A stretch of 64,000 bases of DNA, from NCBI RefSeq assembly GCF_004010195.1, contig NC_057712.1, positions 26,533,688 to 26,597,687 of the forward strand. The letters are read 5' to 3'. The notes under the pieces were generated by a model that saw only the letters and a list, made by a program, of their open reading frames with translations, had not been told where the DNA came from and did no database searches. A program made the position numbers and the translations under genes. The DNA is from Chiloscyllium plagiosum (taxonomy: Eukaryota). This document shows, in pieces, positions 1-13,023 of this stretch (its first letter is position 1; each line of letters begins with the position of its first letter).

Positions 1-988
1 GGCCACATCTAAACTGTGAATAAGCTGGGACACCTGTTGGAAGTAGTAATTGACAGAAAGCAATTAATAGCAATCAGAAGGTTGGGAGTTCTGATAATTG
101 ATTCTTTGAACAGCTTAAATGTCAATCAGTTCTCTTCAAAGCTTTAAAAAGTGATCAACTCAAAAAATTATGCATGCCTGGTGTAAAGGCCAATTTAGTG
201 AAACACTAGTAGCCAAGTCAATTTAATATGTTACTATTTCTGAACTTTGATTGAGCACAGAATGAAAAGAGAACACCAAAGAAAAGAGAGGGTGGGGGTG
301 GGTTGTTGATAGCAGAGCAAAGATTTTACCCCAGATAGCTGTTGTCCCAATTGTATGCCCTGGACCCCCACCCTCATTCCCCTCACACCCCCATCGTCCC
401 CCCCAGACAAAGTTTCTTTCCTGGCTTGTTACACCAAAGCAGCAGCCATGGTGTTGGTATTTATCTCAGCTAGCTTCCCCAGAGTCCAGAAGGAACTGCA
501 TCAGACAGTTTGCCATGAGTCTCCTGATTTACATTTGGGTTTTTTCTTCAAACTCTGATCCCAAAAATTCCTGGTTGTGTTGTCACATGCCTGCCAAGAA
601 AACAGTCATTAGGCTAGGCAGGGAAAAGGAAATTACCCAGGATACAATCTCCTGGTTGCTGACCAATTAACTATTATTAGAATGCCTCAGAATTTTCACT
701 CAAACCACATTTATCTAATCCATGTATTTGTTGCATTCTCTCTCTAATCCCAGGATAGAATCTTCCCAACTCCTGAACAAAGAGGGCCATAACAAGAAAT
801 TTGAGGAAATCGAGTGAGATGTCCAGTAAGGGCTTTCTCAATTTCATGCCCAAAAAGTTTCATTTTTCAACCAAGTGTTGGACATCAAGGTGAGATTTTC
901 ACTAGTGAGCGGTGAGAACCCTATTTGCATGGATTATCAGCCTTTAACAGCCTCATTATTATTTAATCTGACCTCATTACTATGCAAA

Positions 989-1060
989 GCGATGATGGTA
1001 TAGTGGTGAGCATACCCATTGTTCAAGCAGTTGACCTGGGTTTGAATCCTGGCCATCGCA
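989..1060 (+). pseudogene. tRNA-Gly(TCC)-derived pseudogene
   Basis: 72 nt GCGATGATGGTATAGTGGTGAGCATA...AAGCAGTTGACCTGGGTTTGAATCCTGGCCATCGCA, colinear with vertebrate tRNA-Gly-TCC. Acceptor stem GCGATG/CATCGC is intact. The 5' anticodon stem is disrupted (CCCAT vs GCAGT), the anticodon position reads TTC, and the T-loop is TTTGAAT. Confidence 0.85.
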
Positions 1061-1155
1061 ATGTTGCAATTTTAAATTGTCAATAGAAAACCCTAAAATG
1101 AAATTAATGTGATTGGTTGTTAACCTACTCTGAAAGTACACAAGCATCTGTAAGA

Positions 1156-1274
1156 GGATTCGTATGGTGGAGTGGTAGTATTCCTACCTCTGAATCAAGA
1201 AGCCCTGGTTCAAGTCCCACTTTCTCCAGGGCTGTGTAATAACATCTCTGAATAAGTTGATTAAAAATATCTAT
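1156..1274 (+). mobile_element. Short tRNA-derived SINE
   Basis: A-box TGGTGGAGTGG and B-box GGTTCAAGTCCC. The tail AACATCTCTGAATAAGTTGATTAAAAATA is shared with the copy at 10724. Confidence 0.7.
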
Positions 1275-2010
1275 GTATTCTACTATCCAGCAGATCAAAA
1301 CTAGATGCCAATCATTCCTGACACAAATGTCAGGGTGATTACCTAGCAACTCCAGCTCACCTCTTATTTCTCCAGATCTCCATCTTGCACACCCAGCACC
1401 AAAATCTCAGGGAAAACTACATGGACAATACTACAACCACTCCACATTCACAGACACTGCCATCTGACTCATACCAGTCTCACCACATCATAATGGCACA
1501 TCTCTGATCCACTTCCAGGATATGGGACACTATGGAGCACATCCCTACCTTTGATTGGCATATTGCTGCAAGTACACTTTGCACACTGGGATAGGTACAG
1601 GATCAAACCAGACTGCATCTCAGGGTCTTCACTCACTCTCTTAACACTTTGAAACTATGTCAATGCTCACAGCATCTGTTTTGATTTGCCTTGCCTTTCT
1701 GTAGTTTGCCTCCTCTGCCAGAGCTAATACATTCAAAGTACTTCTTTCTTGACTTGCCTTTCAGTACAGACACAAGGTCAGACAACTTGTCACACAGTGA
1801 TCAGTCAAGGGTGTGCAAATGTTACTGTATGTCACTGTGCTACACGAATCTTACATCTGCACCATATGCCAGTGACATGGATGCCAAAGGTATTGCATGT
1901 ACTTCAGGCAAGCAACTATGTCTAAAAATTTAAGAAGAGTAATCCTCAGTCAAGTCAACAGAATGACCCTTCGGGATGGGCTCCTGGCACAGCAAGTCAA
2001 GGACAGCCTT

Positions 2011-2068
2011 TGTTGACCCGAAGGCCCTGTTTCCACACTGTAGGGAATATAATCTAAATCTAATCTAT
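2011..2068 (+). mobile_element. HE1-type SINE 3' fragment
   Basis: CCGAAGGCCCTGTTTCCACACTGTAGGGAAT followed by (AATCT)n, matching the tails of the full HE1 copies in this window. Confidence 0.7.
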
Positions 2069-2149
2069 CAGTCCTGGGGCTTGGGCACAGGCAATCAGGG
2101 AAGAATCCTCTTCTCAGAGTATGTCAGAAGCTGAATGTTAGGCATTACA

Positions 2150-2973
2150 CTAACCATTTTGGCTCTCTCTGCCCTATTGTGGGGTGGTTTCACCTGAAAC
2201 GAGATAAAGCAAGCTATTGAGTGAGATGAAAGTGGTTGGCAGAGTTGTTAGTGGCAGTGTGGGTTAAGGAAAGGTGGTGAGGAGTCCCGAGTGAGTAAGT
2301 ACGAAGCACCGAGGCAACGCAGGTTCAATGGTATGGGGAATTGGTGGGTGAGAATGAGTGAGGGAAGATGTTGCATGCAATAGTGAGAAGGGTAGACCAT
2401 GAGCTTTGGTGGAGGTGAGTGCAGTAGCAGAGATAGAGTTAGTTTGAGGTAGCAGACAGAATGACGCAGGCAAGTTCAATGAATTTTGTCCTATAGTGCC
2501 AGTCATTTCTTTGAACAGTTGAGACCGCATGGACCCGGTTACTAACCACAAATCAGGATAGCAAGATCTGGTGTCATGGCATTCTCTGTCCTGAGGAAAG
2601 AAGACAGCCCTCTTCTGCACCATTTCACCCAGCAGACCCTGCAGATCCCAGTCCACAAAGTGGGTTGCCAATCTCACATCATCTGCCGGGTCAAACCTTG
2701 CAGGGCAGATTTAGGCTGACAGCGCTTGACCAGGTGCACAAGAGCATTTTAAAAATGGCGCCTCTTCCAGGAACCTCACAAAGTCCCAGCAGTGGTGAGT
2801 ACCTCTGCCTACAGCAATTGGGAAAGTCAGGCGAGCATTGGATGAGTAGGCTGCAATAAAGGCGCCATGTTATTGAATTGAGTTTGGGATGACAGCATGA
2901 GAAATATTGCTAGGTCTGCAGAGAGAGACCTCAATGAAAATGTCACTTACTCAATTTATGTTAAAATCCAACC
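2150..2973 (-). mobile_element. PIF/Harbinger DNA transposon remnant (Myb/SANT-like ORF)
   Basis: The minus strand encodes ATHFVDWDLQGLLGEMVQKRAVFFPQDR and, after a frameshift, VSNRVHAVSTVQRNDWHYRTKFIEL. This resembles the Harbinger Myb/SANT protein pattern (PRFSDxxLExL...RxVLFP...VSAVSxxxRxxxQCRKKFNDL). Boundaries are approximate. Confidence 0.6.
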
Positions 2974-5374
2974 TCATGTATCCACATCATTGTGCTGCTT
3001 TTGGTCACCCCCATTCACCCACTGTTTCTCTGCTGCCCTTTCATGCCTTTCTCTTCAAATGCATTTCCCATTCCCGTGTTTCTGACTTCCAATCCTTGAT
3101 CCTGTTGCAATCTCTGTAGAGATGGATGAATTTTAAAAAGAGGTTTAAGTTCCCAGTGACTGAGTCAAATGATCCCATGATAAGATTTAATATTTTAAGA
3201 CTTTTACTGTATGAAACAAATTAAAATCAACATTGATGAAACATTACTCAATCAGAAACTAATATGCTAAATTACAGAAAAGATATTCCTTGAAAACTAC
3301 ACATCATATTGGTCTGTTACACCATGCTCTCTCCAGAAATTGTAGCCTTGGCAGAAATCAGTCCAGAAGTTACTCCAGGTTCTTACTGGCTTACTTTGTT
3401 CCATTTTGCAGGGTCAAAATGTCCAATGAACATTGACTGACCTTCCTGTCAGTCATCTGAGAAAACCTAATCTGAATTCACAGTTTCAGTGATCCTCTCA
3501 CCCAGCCATTCGAGGGAAAATCTTTCAGTGTCCTCAATTTTTAAAAGTTCTCTGTCTTTGTGAGCAGAGAACACCTTCCCACCCATATTCGGTCTGCAAG
3601 CTGACCAAGAAGCAATCATTTTGCCTCTTATGAAGCAATAGCTTCTGTCCCTATCTCTCTCTCCAGGACATTTCCTCTTTCTATCTGTCTCAATCCACAA
3701 TTTTATTCTAATCTAACTACATAACATTTTCCAACTCTAAGGTAATGGCAATGCCAGTTGTGTGTCCTTTGTTTTGGGAATCAAACCTGGCATGTGGATT
3801 TTGCTAGCACATGACCTATGCCCCCTTTCCCAATAGTGACCAGGTTATGTTGATTCATTTTCAGGCAGAAGTAGCAGGAATAGCAAGTCACCATATGATT
3901 CTTTTTCATTAGGCAATTTACCTCAAATTAAAGTGACATCTTTAGAATAATCATTATGTTATCAATTTCATAAGAACTTCATTAGGTCAGAAATTCATAA
4001 CATCAAGTCCCATACTTCTGTTTACCATTCCCCATTCTGCCTCAGCTTCACCAATAATTGCTGCACTGAGATTGGACTACTTAACCCTGCCCCTCTCATT
4101 TTCTGTGAAGAAATGAAGTTCGAATAATATTGTATTCCAACCATAGGTGATGAGTTACAGAGCCTGCATAGTGCAATAATCACAAATCTTTACGTAATCT
4201 TCTCACTTACTAGTTTCACACCCTTATAACGTTCATTGTATTTGTCAAAGAGCAAATGGAAGAAGCACTGAACTATCTTTCACTTACTGTTGACAAATCA
4301 ATTTCCAACAATCGGTAATTGGAGTCACAAGTGAGGAATGGGAAATACTGCCTTCAAGGAATTCTAAGGAGAAAAGTGAAGGAAAAATCTCTTTTTTAAG
4401 GTACGGGAGAATTGTTAAGTCTGGGCATTAGCCCTTTAAATACTCTCAGGAAAATGATAGGTAACTCCTAAAGAACAATTATTAGCAAGTTTTACATAGA
4501 ATGCCACTGTGCCAATTTGTCTTTATAAATATTTACTGCTATAAGATATTCGCTAATATGGATCATAAATAAATGGATTTGACAGCCAGAGGTTTAGATC
4601 AACTGACCTTATCATATTCCAAAGAAATGTGCAAATACCTCTTGCGTTCACCTGATCTTTGAGTGGGTGTTAAACTTATTCTGCTCGGCAGTTGGTGTTT
4701 TGGTATTTTTTTTAAAGCATATCCCTTAAATACGTTATGCCATGAAAAAAATTCATCTACGGTCCTGAGATTAATTATTTTGTAACTGTAAGAGGAGACA
4801 GGATTGACTCAAGTGCCATGATATACCAAGGACAAATCTCATGTGGTGCATCACTCTTCTTCTGTAGCATTGCTTGATACTTGTTGGATGTATGAGAAGA
4901 CAACCCAGGCTGACCTTGCTGCATCTATGATACAGGTTGTGTTTATTTTATACGTCCTTGGCATATCAGGGGACTTGAGCAGGTGCTATCTTCTCCTGGA
5001 GTTACAAAATAATCAACCTCAAGATAGACAAACTTTCCTTCAAAACCAGAATAAAGGGCATGATTCGGAGATGCCAGAATAAATGGAGTAGCAATGAAGT
5101 TGAAAACTTTAACTCATAAAATGCCGAAAAAAATTAAAATTTAGCGACTGTTAAGGGAAGACTACAAGGTGAGTTGAAGTAAAATGATGAAATAAGAAAT
5201 GTTTCCTCCTCATTTGAAATTTGTGAAGTCATTCAGGGTGCACATCCATGTTGCCCTTTTGCTAGCTTAACCAAGTTCACTTATCTATGATTGAATATAT
5301 GTCACCAAGGTTGGGCATAATGCTGCTAAGGTGTCCCTTTCTCACCCAGTATCCACACGTGCTGACACCAATAG

Positions 5375-5540
5375 AGTGGATTCAATTTCCACACTGGCTG
5401 TGGTTACCATGAAGGACCCACCTTCTCTACCTCTCACCTGAGGCGCAGTGATCTTCAGGTTAAACTTACCTGAAGTCATCTCTGTCTACTGAAAGAGCAG
5501 CCCAATGTTCCCCTGGGACTATGCAACTTTACCTTTGCTT
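5375..5540 (+). mobile_element. Old SINE-like repeat
   Basis: B-box-like GGATTCAATTTCC followed by a body (CCTGAGGCGCAGTGATCTTCAGGTTAAAC...GGGACTATGCAACTTTAC) that I recall as a recurrent chondrichthyan SINE. Family not assigned. Confidence 0.5.
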
Positions 5541-5974
5541 CACTATCCACACATGTTGACTATCAGCGACATTCACCGAACAAAGGTGAAGCAGCACACT
5601 TCTGTTTCCTTTTCCTTGACCAATTCCAGTTTGCCTTTTAACCAATCAATCCGACATCAGATAAATTAGCACAGAGTAGGGGGTAAATCTAGTTTAATAG
5701 GTTTCTTTTATAATTAAGTTTAGTTTAGGCAGTGAACTTGCCAACCAGGTGAGGATCAGTAGATAGATGCACTATGTGGTGTGTCATTAGGCCTTACAGA
5801 ACACATGGCCTATCAGCACTGAATGAGTCCAAGGTGTGAAATTATCAGTCACACATCTGACATGCCATCTTGCACCAACAGCATAAATCATTGTTTAAAG
5901 CATCTAATGTTCAATGGCATGAGTATACTGCTTTTCTCTTATTTATTTCCTGTCTTTTCCTTCATTCTCTTTCA

Positions 5975-6330
5975 GGGGCATTGATAGGGTAAATAGACAA
6001 GGTCTTTTCCCTGGAGTCGGGGAATTCAGAACTAGAGGGCATAGGTTTATGGTGAGAGGGGCAAGATATAAAAGAGATCTAAGGGACAATTTTTTCGCGC
6101 AGAAGGTGGTACGTGTGTGGAATGAGTTGCCAGAGGAAGTGGTGGAGGCTGGTATAATTGTAACATTTAAGAGGCATTTGGATGGGTATATGAATAAGAA
6201 GGGTTTAGAGGGATATGGGCTGCGTGTTGGCAGGTGGGATTAGATTGGTTTGGAATATCTGGTCGGCATGGATGAGTTGGACCGAAGGGTCTGTTTCTGT
6301 TCTGTACATCTCTATGTCTCTATGATTCTA
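5975..6330 (+). mobile_element. CR1 (HER1-like) LINE 3' end
   Basis: ORF2 C-terminus RDLRDNFFAQKVVRVWNELPEEVVEAG...GRWD*, then a 3' UTR and (CTATGACT)-type tail. Confidence 0.9.
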
Positions 6331-7033
6331 ATAGGTGCAAGGTTTACTGGGGCATTTCTGCTCCTGGAATATGGCAGACACTATGATTCAAGCTTGGAAG
6401 CAAATTAACTGCAGCATTCACTGCTGCAGTAAACAGCCGCTAAAAACATTTTCTGAATGCTGGCTAACTTCATCTCGATTGATTTTCTTTTACCATGCCT
6501 CTGAGGCAGAGGTGGCAGATTGTGATTTCTGTCTTGGACATAAATGAAACATTTTTGATCCGAGTGCCAGATCTGTTTGGCTGTAGGTGCTTGAGTTATT
6601 TGATCTTGTTAGACATCAAATTAGATCAAGAAATTAAGCCTTCCAGGATTTGAAAACAGTGGATCATGAGTGAATGTGTGTTGGTTTCTGGGTATGGAGA
6701 GAGGATGGGTTTGAGATGAGTTGGATTCTGTATTGACTGTGTCGAGCCACACCTAAATGTTGCATAATAGGTTGAGGTGCCAAAGTACTGCTAATGTCCA
6801 CTAAGCTAATTCTTTATCAGAGGTCAAATTTTAATAGTGAAGGGAAGAAAAGAATTAAAATTGTGAGAGCACATTGTATTTTGTGGTTAGGCTTCTTTTT
6901 TAAACACAAAGCAGAAGTCACATGGACATTATATCATCCGGACTTTGGCATCAAAAGTCCAGGAGTTTTAATTCCAAAACCTCATCTGCTATATAGGCTC
7001 CGGAGCAAGTCGCTCGGCAGATAAAGTGGCATG

Positions 7034-7838
7034 GGAGAAAGTGAGGACTGCAAATGCTGGAAATCAGCGTCGAAATTTGTGGCGCTGGAAAAGCACAGTG
7101 TGTCAGGCAGCATCCGAGGAGCAGGAGAATCGATGTTTCAGGCATAAGCCTTTCATCAGGAATGTGGGTTGTAGGAAGGGGGCTGAGAGATAAATAGCAG
7201 GGTGGGGGTTGGGCAAGGGGAAGGTAGCTGGGAAGGCATTAGGTAGATGCAAGTGGAGGGGTGGTGATGGTGATAGATCAGAGGGAAAGGTGAGCTGTGT
7301 TGGGGGGGGGGGTGGAAATTGAAGTGGTCGGCTACAGGGTGGTGGGGTTGTTTAGTCCCAGAGATGTTCTGTGAAACATTCTGCGAGTTGGCATCCTGTC
7401 TTCCCCAATGTAGAGGAGACCACATCACATTGAGAGCAACAGACACAGTAGATAAGGTGTTTAGATATGCAAGAAAATGTGGAAGAATCCTTTGGAGCCT
7501 GGGACAGAGGTGAGGGGGGAGGTGTGGGGGAAAGTTTTACACCTTTTGTGGCAGCAAGGGAAGGTGCCAGGAGTGGGGTGGGGCAGGGGGGTTTGTTGGT
7601 AAGGGGCGTGAACCTAACAAGGGAGTCCTGGAGGGAATGGTCTCTACGGAATTCTGATAGGGGTGGGAAGGGAAATATATCTCTGGTGTTGGGGTCTGAC
7701 TGTATATGGCGGAAATGGTGGAGGATAGTGCACTGTATCCAGAGATTAGTGGGGTGGAAGGTGAAGACCGGGGGCTTCTATCCTTGTTACAATTGGAGGA
7801 GTGGAGTTTAAGGTCGGAGATGCTGGAAATGGAGGAGG
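7034..7838 (-). mobile_element. Penelope-like element 3' part
   Basis: GIY-YIG C-terminal residues (PVADHFN), terminal GCATCTGCAGTCCTCACTTTCTCC-type end, and a hammerhead motif at 7131-7160. Confidence 0.85.
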
Positions 7839-7878
7839 AGTGCAGTCAGAGGGGAATACTGGGGTCTTCATGTTAAAT

Positions 7879-10446
7879 TTATTTTATTTCAAAAAAATAC
7901 GTTATTCATCAAAAAAACTCTTTGTATATATACATTGTCGCAAAAGCAGTTCAGATCTGTACAGTTGCATATCAAGTAAAGAAACAAACATTGGACTTTG
8001 ACTCTACTCAAAAAACCAAAGGCCTCTCTTACACAGGGAGAAAGTGAGGTCTGCAGATGCTGGAGATCACAGTCGAAATGTGTTGCTGGGAAAGCAGAGC
8101 GTGTCAGGCAGCATCCGAGGAGCAGGAGAATCGACGTTTCAGACATAATCCCTCCATCAGGAATGAGGCTTGTGGGCTGGGGGCTGAGAGATAAATAGGA
8201 GGAAGGGTGGGTTTGGGGGGAAGCGATAGGTGCTTGAAGGTGAGGGAGAAGGTGATAAGTGAGGGGGGAGTGATGGACAGGTCAGGAGGGCGGTGCTGAG
8301 TTGGAGAATTGGGATTGGGATAATGTGGAGGATGGGGAAATGTGGAAGCTGTTGAAATCCACATTTATCCCAAGTGGTTGCAGGGTCCCAAGGCAGAATA
8401 TGAGGTGTTCTTCCTCCAGGCATCGGGTGGTAATGATTTGGTGATGGAGGAGGCCCAGGACCTACATGTCCTTGACTGAGTGGGAGAGGGAGTTGAAGTG
8501 TTCAGCCACAGGGCGGTGGGGTTGGTGGGTGCAGGTGTCCCAGAGATGTTCTCTGAAGCGATTCGCAAGAAGGTGTCCTGTCTCCCCGATGTAGAGGAGA
8601 CCACACCAGGTGGAACGGATACAGTAGATCACATTGGTAGAGGTACTGGTAAATTTCTGACAGATGTGGAAGGATCCCTTTGGGCCTTGGATGGAGGGGA
8701 GGGGTGTGGGCACAGATTTTGCATTTCCTGTGGTGCCAGGGAAAAGTGCCAGGAGTAGGATGTGGGCTGGTGGGGGTTGTGGACCTGATGAGGGAGTCGT
8801 GGAGCGAATGGACTCTTGGGAACGCTGATAGGGTGGGGAAGGAAATATATCTTTGGTGGTGGGGTCCATTTGGAGGTGGCAGAAGTGGCGGAGGATAGTG
8901 CGATGTATGCGGAGGTTGGTGGGTGGAAGGGAGGACTGGGGGGGGGTTCTGTCCTTGTTGAATTGAGATGTGTGGGGTTCAAGAGCGGTGGTGCGTGAGT
9001 GGAGGAGATGTGCTGGAGGACATCATCAACCACGTGGGAAGGGAAGTTGCGATCTTGGAAGGAAGAGGCCATCTGGGACTTTCTGAGGTGGAATTGGTCA
9101 TCCTGGGAACAGAAGCGGTGGAGATGGAGGAATTGGGAATAAGGGATAGTGTTTTTACAGGAGGTAGAGTGGGAGGATGTGTCATCTAGGTAGTTGTCGG
9201 AGTCTATTACAAGGTGGCTTGTAATAGATGTCTGTGGTTAGTCAATCACCAGAGATGGTGATGGAGAGGACCAGGAAGGGGAGGGAGGTATCTGAGATGG
9301 TCCAGGTGAATTTGAAGTATGGGTGTTGGTAAAGTTGATGAACTGTTCAATCTCTTCATGGGAGCACAAGGTGGCACTGATACAGTCATCGATGTAGCGG
9401 AGGAACAGATGGGGGATGGTGTCATGTCACTGCAGAAGGTGGACTGTTCCACACACCCAACAAACAGGCAGGCATAGCTGGGTCCCATGTAGGTGTCCAT
9501 GGCTACCCCTTTGGTTTGGAGTAAATGGGAGGATTGGAAAAAGAAATTGTTGAGGGTGAGGACCAGTTCAGCCAGGTCAATGAGGGTGTCAGTGGAAGGG
9601 TACTGGTTGGGACAGCATGAAAGGAAGAAACAGAGGGCTTGGAGACCTTCATCATGGCAGATTGATGTGTACAGGGACTGGATGTCCATGGTGAAGATGA
9701 GGCATTGGGGGCCAGGAAAATTAAAATCTTGGAGGAGGTGAAGGGCGTGGGTGGTGTCACAAATGTAGGTGGGGAGTTCCTGAACTAAAGGGGGACAGGA
9801 CTGTGTCAAGGTAGGAAGTGATGAGGCACAGGCTGAGACAATGGGTCGACCGGGGCAGTCAGGTTTGTGAATCTTCGGTAGGAGGTAGAATTAGGCGGTG
9901 CAGGGATCACAGACAATGAGGTTGGAGGCTATGGATGGGAAATCCCCAGAGGTGATGAGATTGTGGATGGTCTGGGAGATGATGGTTTGGTGATGGGAGG
10001 TGAGGTCATGATCAAGGGGGCAGTAGGAGGAGGGGTCTGCGAATTGTCGCCTGGCTTCAGTGGTGGAGAGTTCGGTGCGCCACACCACTACTGCACACTA
10101 CTACCTCTCTTATACATACAATACCAATATTTACATATAGGTGAGGCACTAGGAACACCCAATAACTGAATGACCCCCATTTATCTTCAGCAGGAAGGCC
10201 TCAGACAGTGGTCTTTCCCCACTGTCCCTTGGCGGCAGCTGCCTCAAGCTTTAGTACATCCCTCAGCATGTAGTCTTGGACCATGGAATGTGCCAGTCAG
10301 TCCCACTCAGTCAGGGTCAGCTCCTTGTTCTGGAAGACCAAGAAGGTTCAGGCAGACCAAAGAGCATCTTTCACTGAATTGATGGTCCTCCGAGCACAGT
10401 TGATGTTTATCTATGTGTGTATCCTAAGGAACAGAACACAGAACAG
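7879..10446 (-). mobile_element. Tx1/L1-clade LINE 3' fragment (family B), interrupted by the Penelope at 8036-10103
   Basis: The minus strand of about 10205-10440 encodes the Tx1-type ORF2 end (NINCARRTINSVKDALWSA...VFQNKELTLTE...VQDYMLRDVLKLEAAAAKGQWGKTTV*). The 3' UTR continues at 7879-8035 with an A-rich tail. TGTTAAAT flanks both sides (7871-7878, 10451-10458). Confidence 0.75.
8036..10103 (-). mobile_element. Penelope-like element (RT + GIY-YIG), frameshifted
   Basis: RT motifs FTMDIQSLYTSI, KGVAMDTYMGPSYA and YIDD. GIY-YIG motif NVIYCIRSTWCGLLYIGETG...RFREH. 13-bp TSD CCTCTCTTAC/TACA (8023-8035, 10104-10116). Confidence 0.93.
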
Positions 10447-10723
10447 GTCTTGTTAAATATTCTTCCTTCTCCAATCCTGAAAAAAAATGTTTAGAAATGG
10501 TTTTTGGGCTTCCTCTGCACCTTAGTCAGGCCCCAGTTATGTCACTGTGATCTGACATGAATATTTAAAGGCAGCCTCACTGGCATTTTACATTGTCCCT
10601 TGGAACTCCTCAGATACACAGATTAAAGTTGGGATGCCTGGAAACACAGCAGTTTAGAAACAGGTAAATCCAAATGAGCCTGCCGACCTGATTTCATCAA
10701 CAAAGGCTTAGAGTTAATTCATA

Positions 10724-10836
10724 GGTTCATGTGGTGCAGTGGTAACGTCCTTACCTCCGAGTCATGGGTTCAAATCCCACCTGCTCCAGAGGTATAGAGT
10801 AACATACATGAACAGGTTGATTAAAAAATAAAAACA
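10724..10836 (+). mobile_element. Short tRNA-derived SINE (same family as 1156)
   Basis: A-box TGGTGCAGTGG, B-box GGTTCAAATCCC, shared tail, and a 10-bp TSD TTAATTC(A/T)TA (10714-10723, 10837-10846). Confidence 0.75.
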
Positions 10837-12449
10837 TTAATTCTTATCAACAGCCAGATACTTTACAAATGTAAACTGACAGCTTTTATTTTCATTGTTT
10901 TGTCACGGATCTTAATTTCAGCTGGTGTGACTCAACCTTTGAACCGCGTGCTTTAAAAAACTACAAAAAATTTGTGTGATTTATTTGCAGAAAATGTAGA
11001 CATACATTGATTTCACTGTACACGTTTCCTGGACGATCATTTGCTTTAACTCATGGATAGAGCAGTATTTTACTGCTGAACCAAATATTATGTCCTTTGA
11101 AGTGTTTGCTCCTCCATCTGTAATTACTCTGGTGGTTTCCTCTCCCCTCCTCCACCCGGCACATTCGCATTTTCTTGATAACACCTTATCATTCTCAGGT
11201 AGTAATGATTGAAATGGGCCTTGATTTGTCTGTTTAATCTGTGTGCCTTGTTGAATATTTATATTTAATTCAAAACAGTTAAATATCATGACTATGTAAA
11301 GATCATATATGTCTAAGATTATACCAATGATCCTGGAGGTCTGTGTGTTGCAACAAAATGTGTGCTACAGTGAATGCCCCATGCTGCAACATTAAAATAG
11401 AACATGAAAGACTCAGGAAATGAAGTGCAGGTTAATTACAAGGGTGTGGCTGTAACTAATAGTCTCATAATGGGCACAGAGTGTGTTAACTCATTTCCAG
11501 ATTAATAATACAAAGACAAACTTGGTACAGGTTGTATTTATTTGTAAACATAATAGGCTAATAGGTAAAAAGAATATTAACACAACAAAAGCATGGATTG
11601 AAAATTTTGATTATTCAATATGCCACATTCTGTGTTTCCCAGCATACTGGAATGATAAGTTAGAGACAATCTGAAGACACTGGATATTGCAAAGACTCTG
11701 GTTCTGATAACATTCCAGTACAATACTGAATACTTTTGCTCCAGATCTAGCCATGACACTATCCAAGCTGTTTCAGGATAGCTACAACATTGGCATCTAT
11801 CCGAGAATGTGAATAATTACCCAGACAGATCCTGTACACAAACAAAAACAAGACAAATCCAACCTGGTCAATTACCTACATTCAAATATCAACAACGTGA
11901 TGGAAGAAATCATTAACAGTGCTTTCAAATGGTACTTGTAATGGAATAATCTGCTCACTGATGGTCAATTTGGAATCCACCAGGACCATTCAGCTCCTAA
12001 CCTCAATACAGCTTGATACAAATATATACAAAAGAGCTGTACTTCAGAGCTAAACATGAGAGTGAGTACATTAACATGAAAGGTAGTGTTTGATTGAATA
12101 TAGTATCAAAGAGCCGTAGCAAAATTGGAGTCAAAGGGAATCAGAGAAAAAACTCCCTGCTAGTTGGAAGCACTATCTGGCACAAAGGAAGATGGCTGTG
12201 GTTCTTGGAGGTCAGACTTTGTCTCTAGACTTTGTCTCATTAGTGGCAAGTAACACACGAAACTATACAAGTACAAAGCAATGATATCTCCAACAAGCAT
12301 TATTCTAAAAACACTCCTTGATGTTTAATAATATTACATTGCTCAATCCCCCAGTATTAGCATACTAAAGGTTAGCACTGACCAGAATTTGAACTGGACT
12401 GGCCAATACAAACTAGGGCTTTAAGAGCAGGTCAGAGAATTGAAATCCT

Positions 12450-12785
12450 TTCTTTTATTCATCCATGGGATGTGAGCATCACTGGCTAGGCACGCATTTA
12501 TTGTCCATCTCTAATTAGCCAGAGGACAGTTAAGAATCAACCACATTACTGTGGGTCCGGACTCACATGTAGGCCAGACCAGGTGAGGATTCCTTCCCTA
12601 AAAGGACACAAGTGAAAAACATGGGTTTTTCCTGATCATCAACAATGGTTTCATCATCATCATTAGACTCTTAGTTCCAGTTTATTATTAAATTCAAATT
12701 CCACATCTACCATGGTAGGATTTGAACCCAGGTCCCCAGAACATTAGCTGGGTCTCTGGATTAATAGTTTAGCAATAATACCACC
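12450..12785 (-). mobile_element. tRNA-derived SINE with LINE-derived tail
   Basis: Minus-strand B-box GGGTTCAAATCC, tail GCTCACATCCCATGGATGAATAAAAG, and a 6-bp TSD AATCCT (12444-12449, 12786-12791). Confidence 0.85.
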
Positions 12786-13023
12786 AATCCTGTGGTCACT
12801 AATTCACCTTGTGACTCCACAATACCTTTCTCCCCTCAACAAGGCATAAGTCAGGAGTGTGATGGAATGGTCTCCACTTGCTTGGATGAGTGCAGTTCCA
12901 ACAACACTCAAGTAATTTGTCGTGATCCAAGAGAAAGCAGTCTACTTCATTGGAACCCCCCAGCACCTTCTAGATTCATTCTCTTCACTGCCTGTACACA
13001 GTGGCAGCAATGTGTACCATTAT

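Noticed and set aside
989-1060. Functional tRNA-Glu(TTC)
   Set aside because: The body is tRNA-Gly, the anticodon stem cannot pair, U33 is lost and the T-loop is mutated.
10981-11289. 102-aa minus-strand ORF
   Set aside because: No recognisable domain, compositional bias or splice context.
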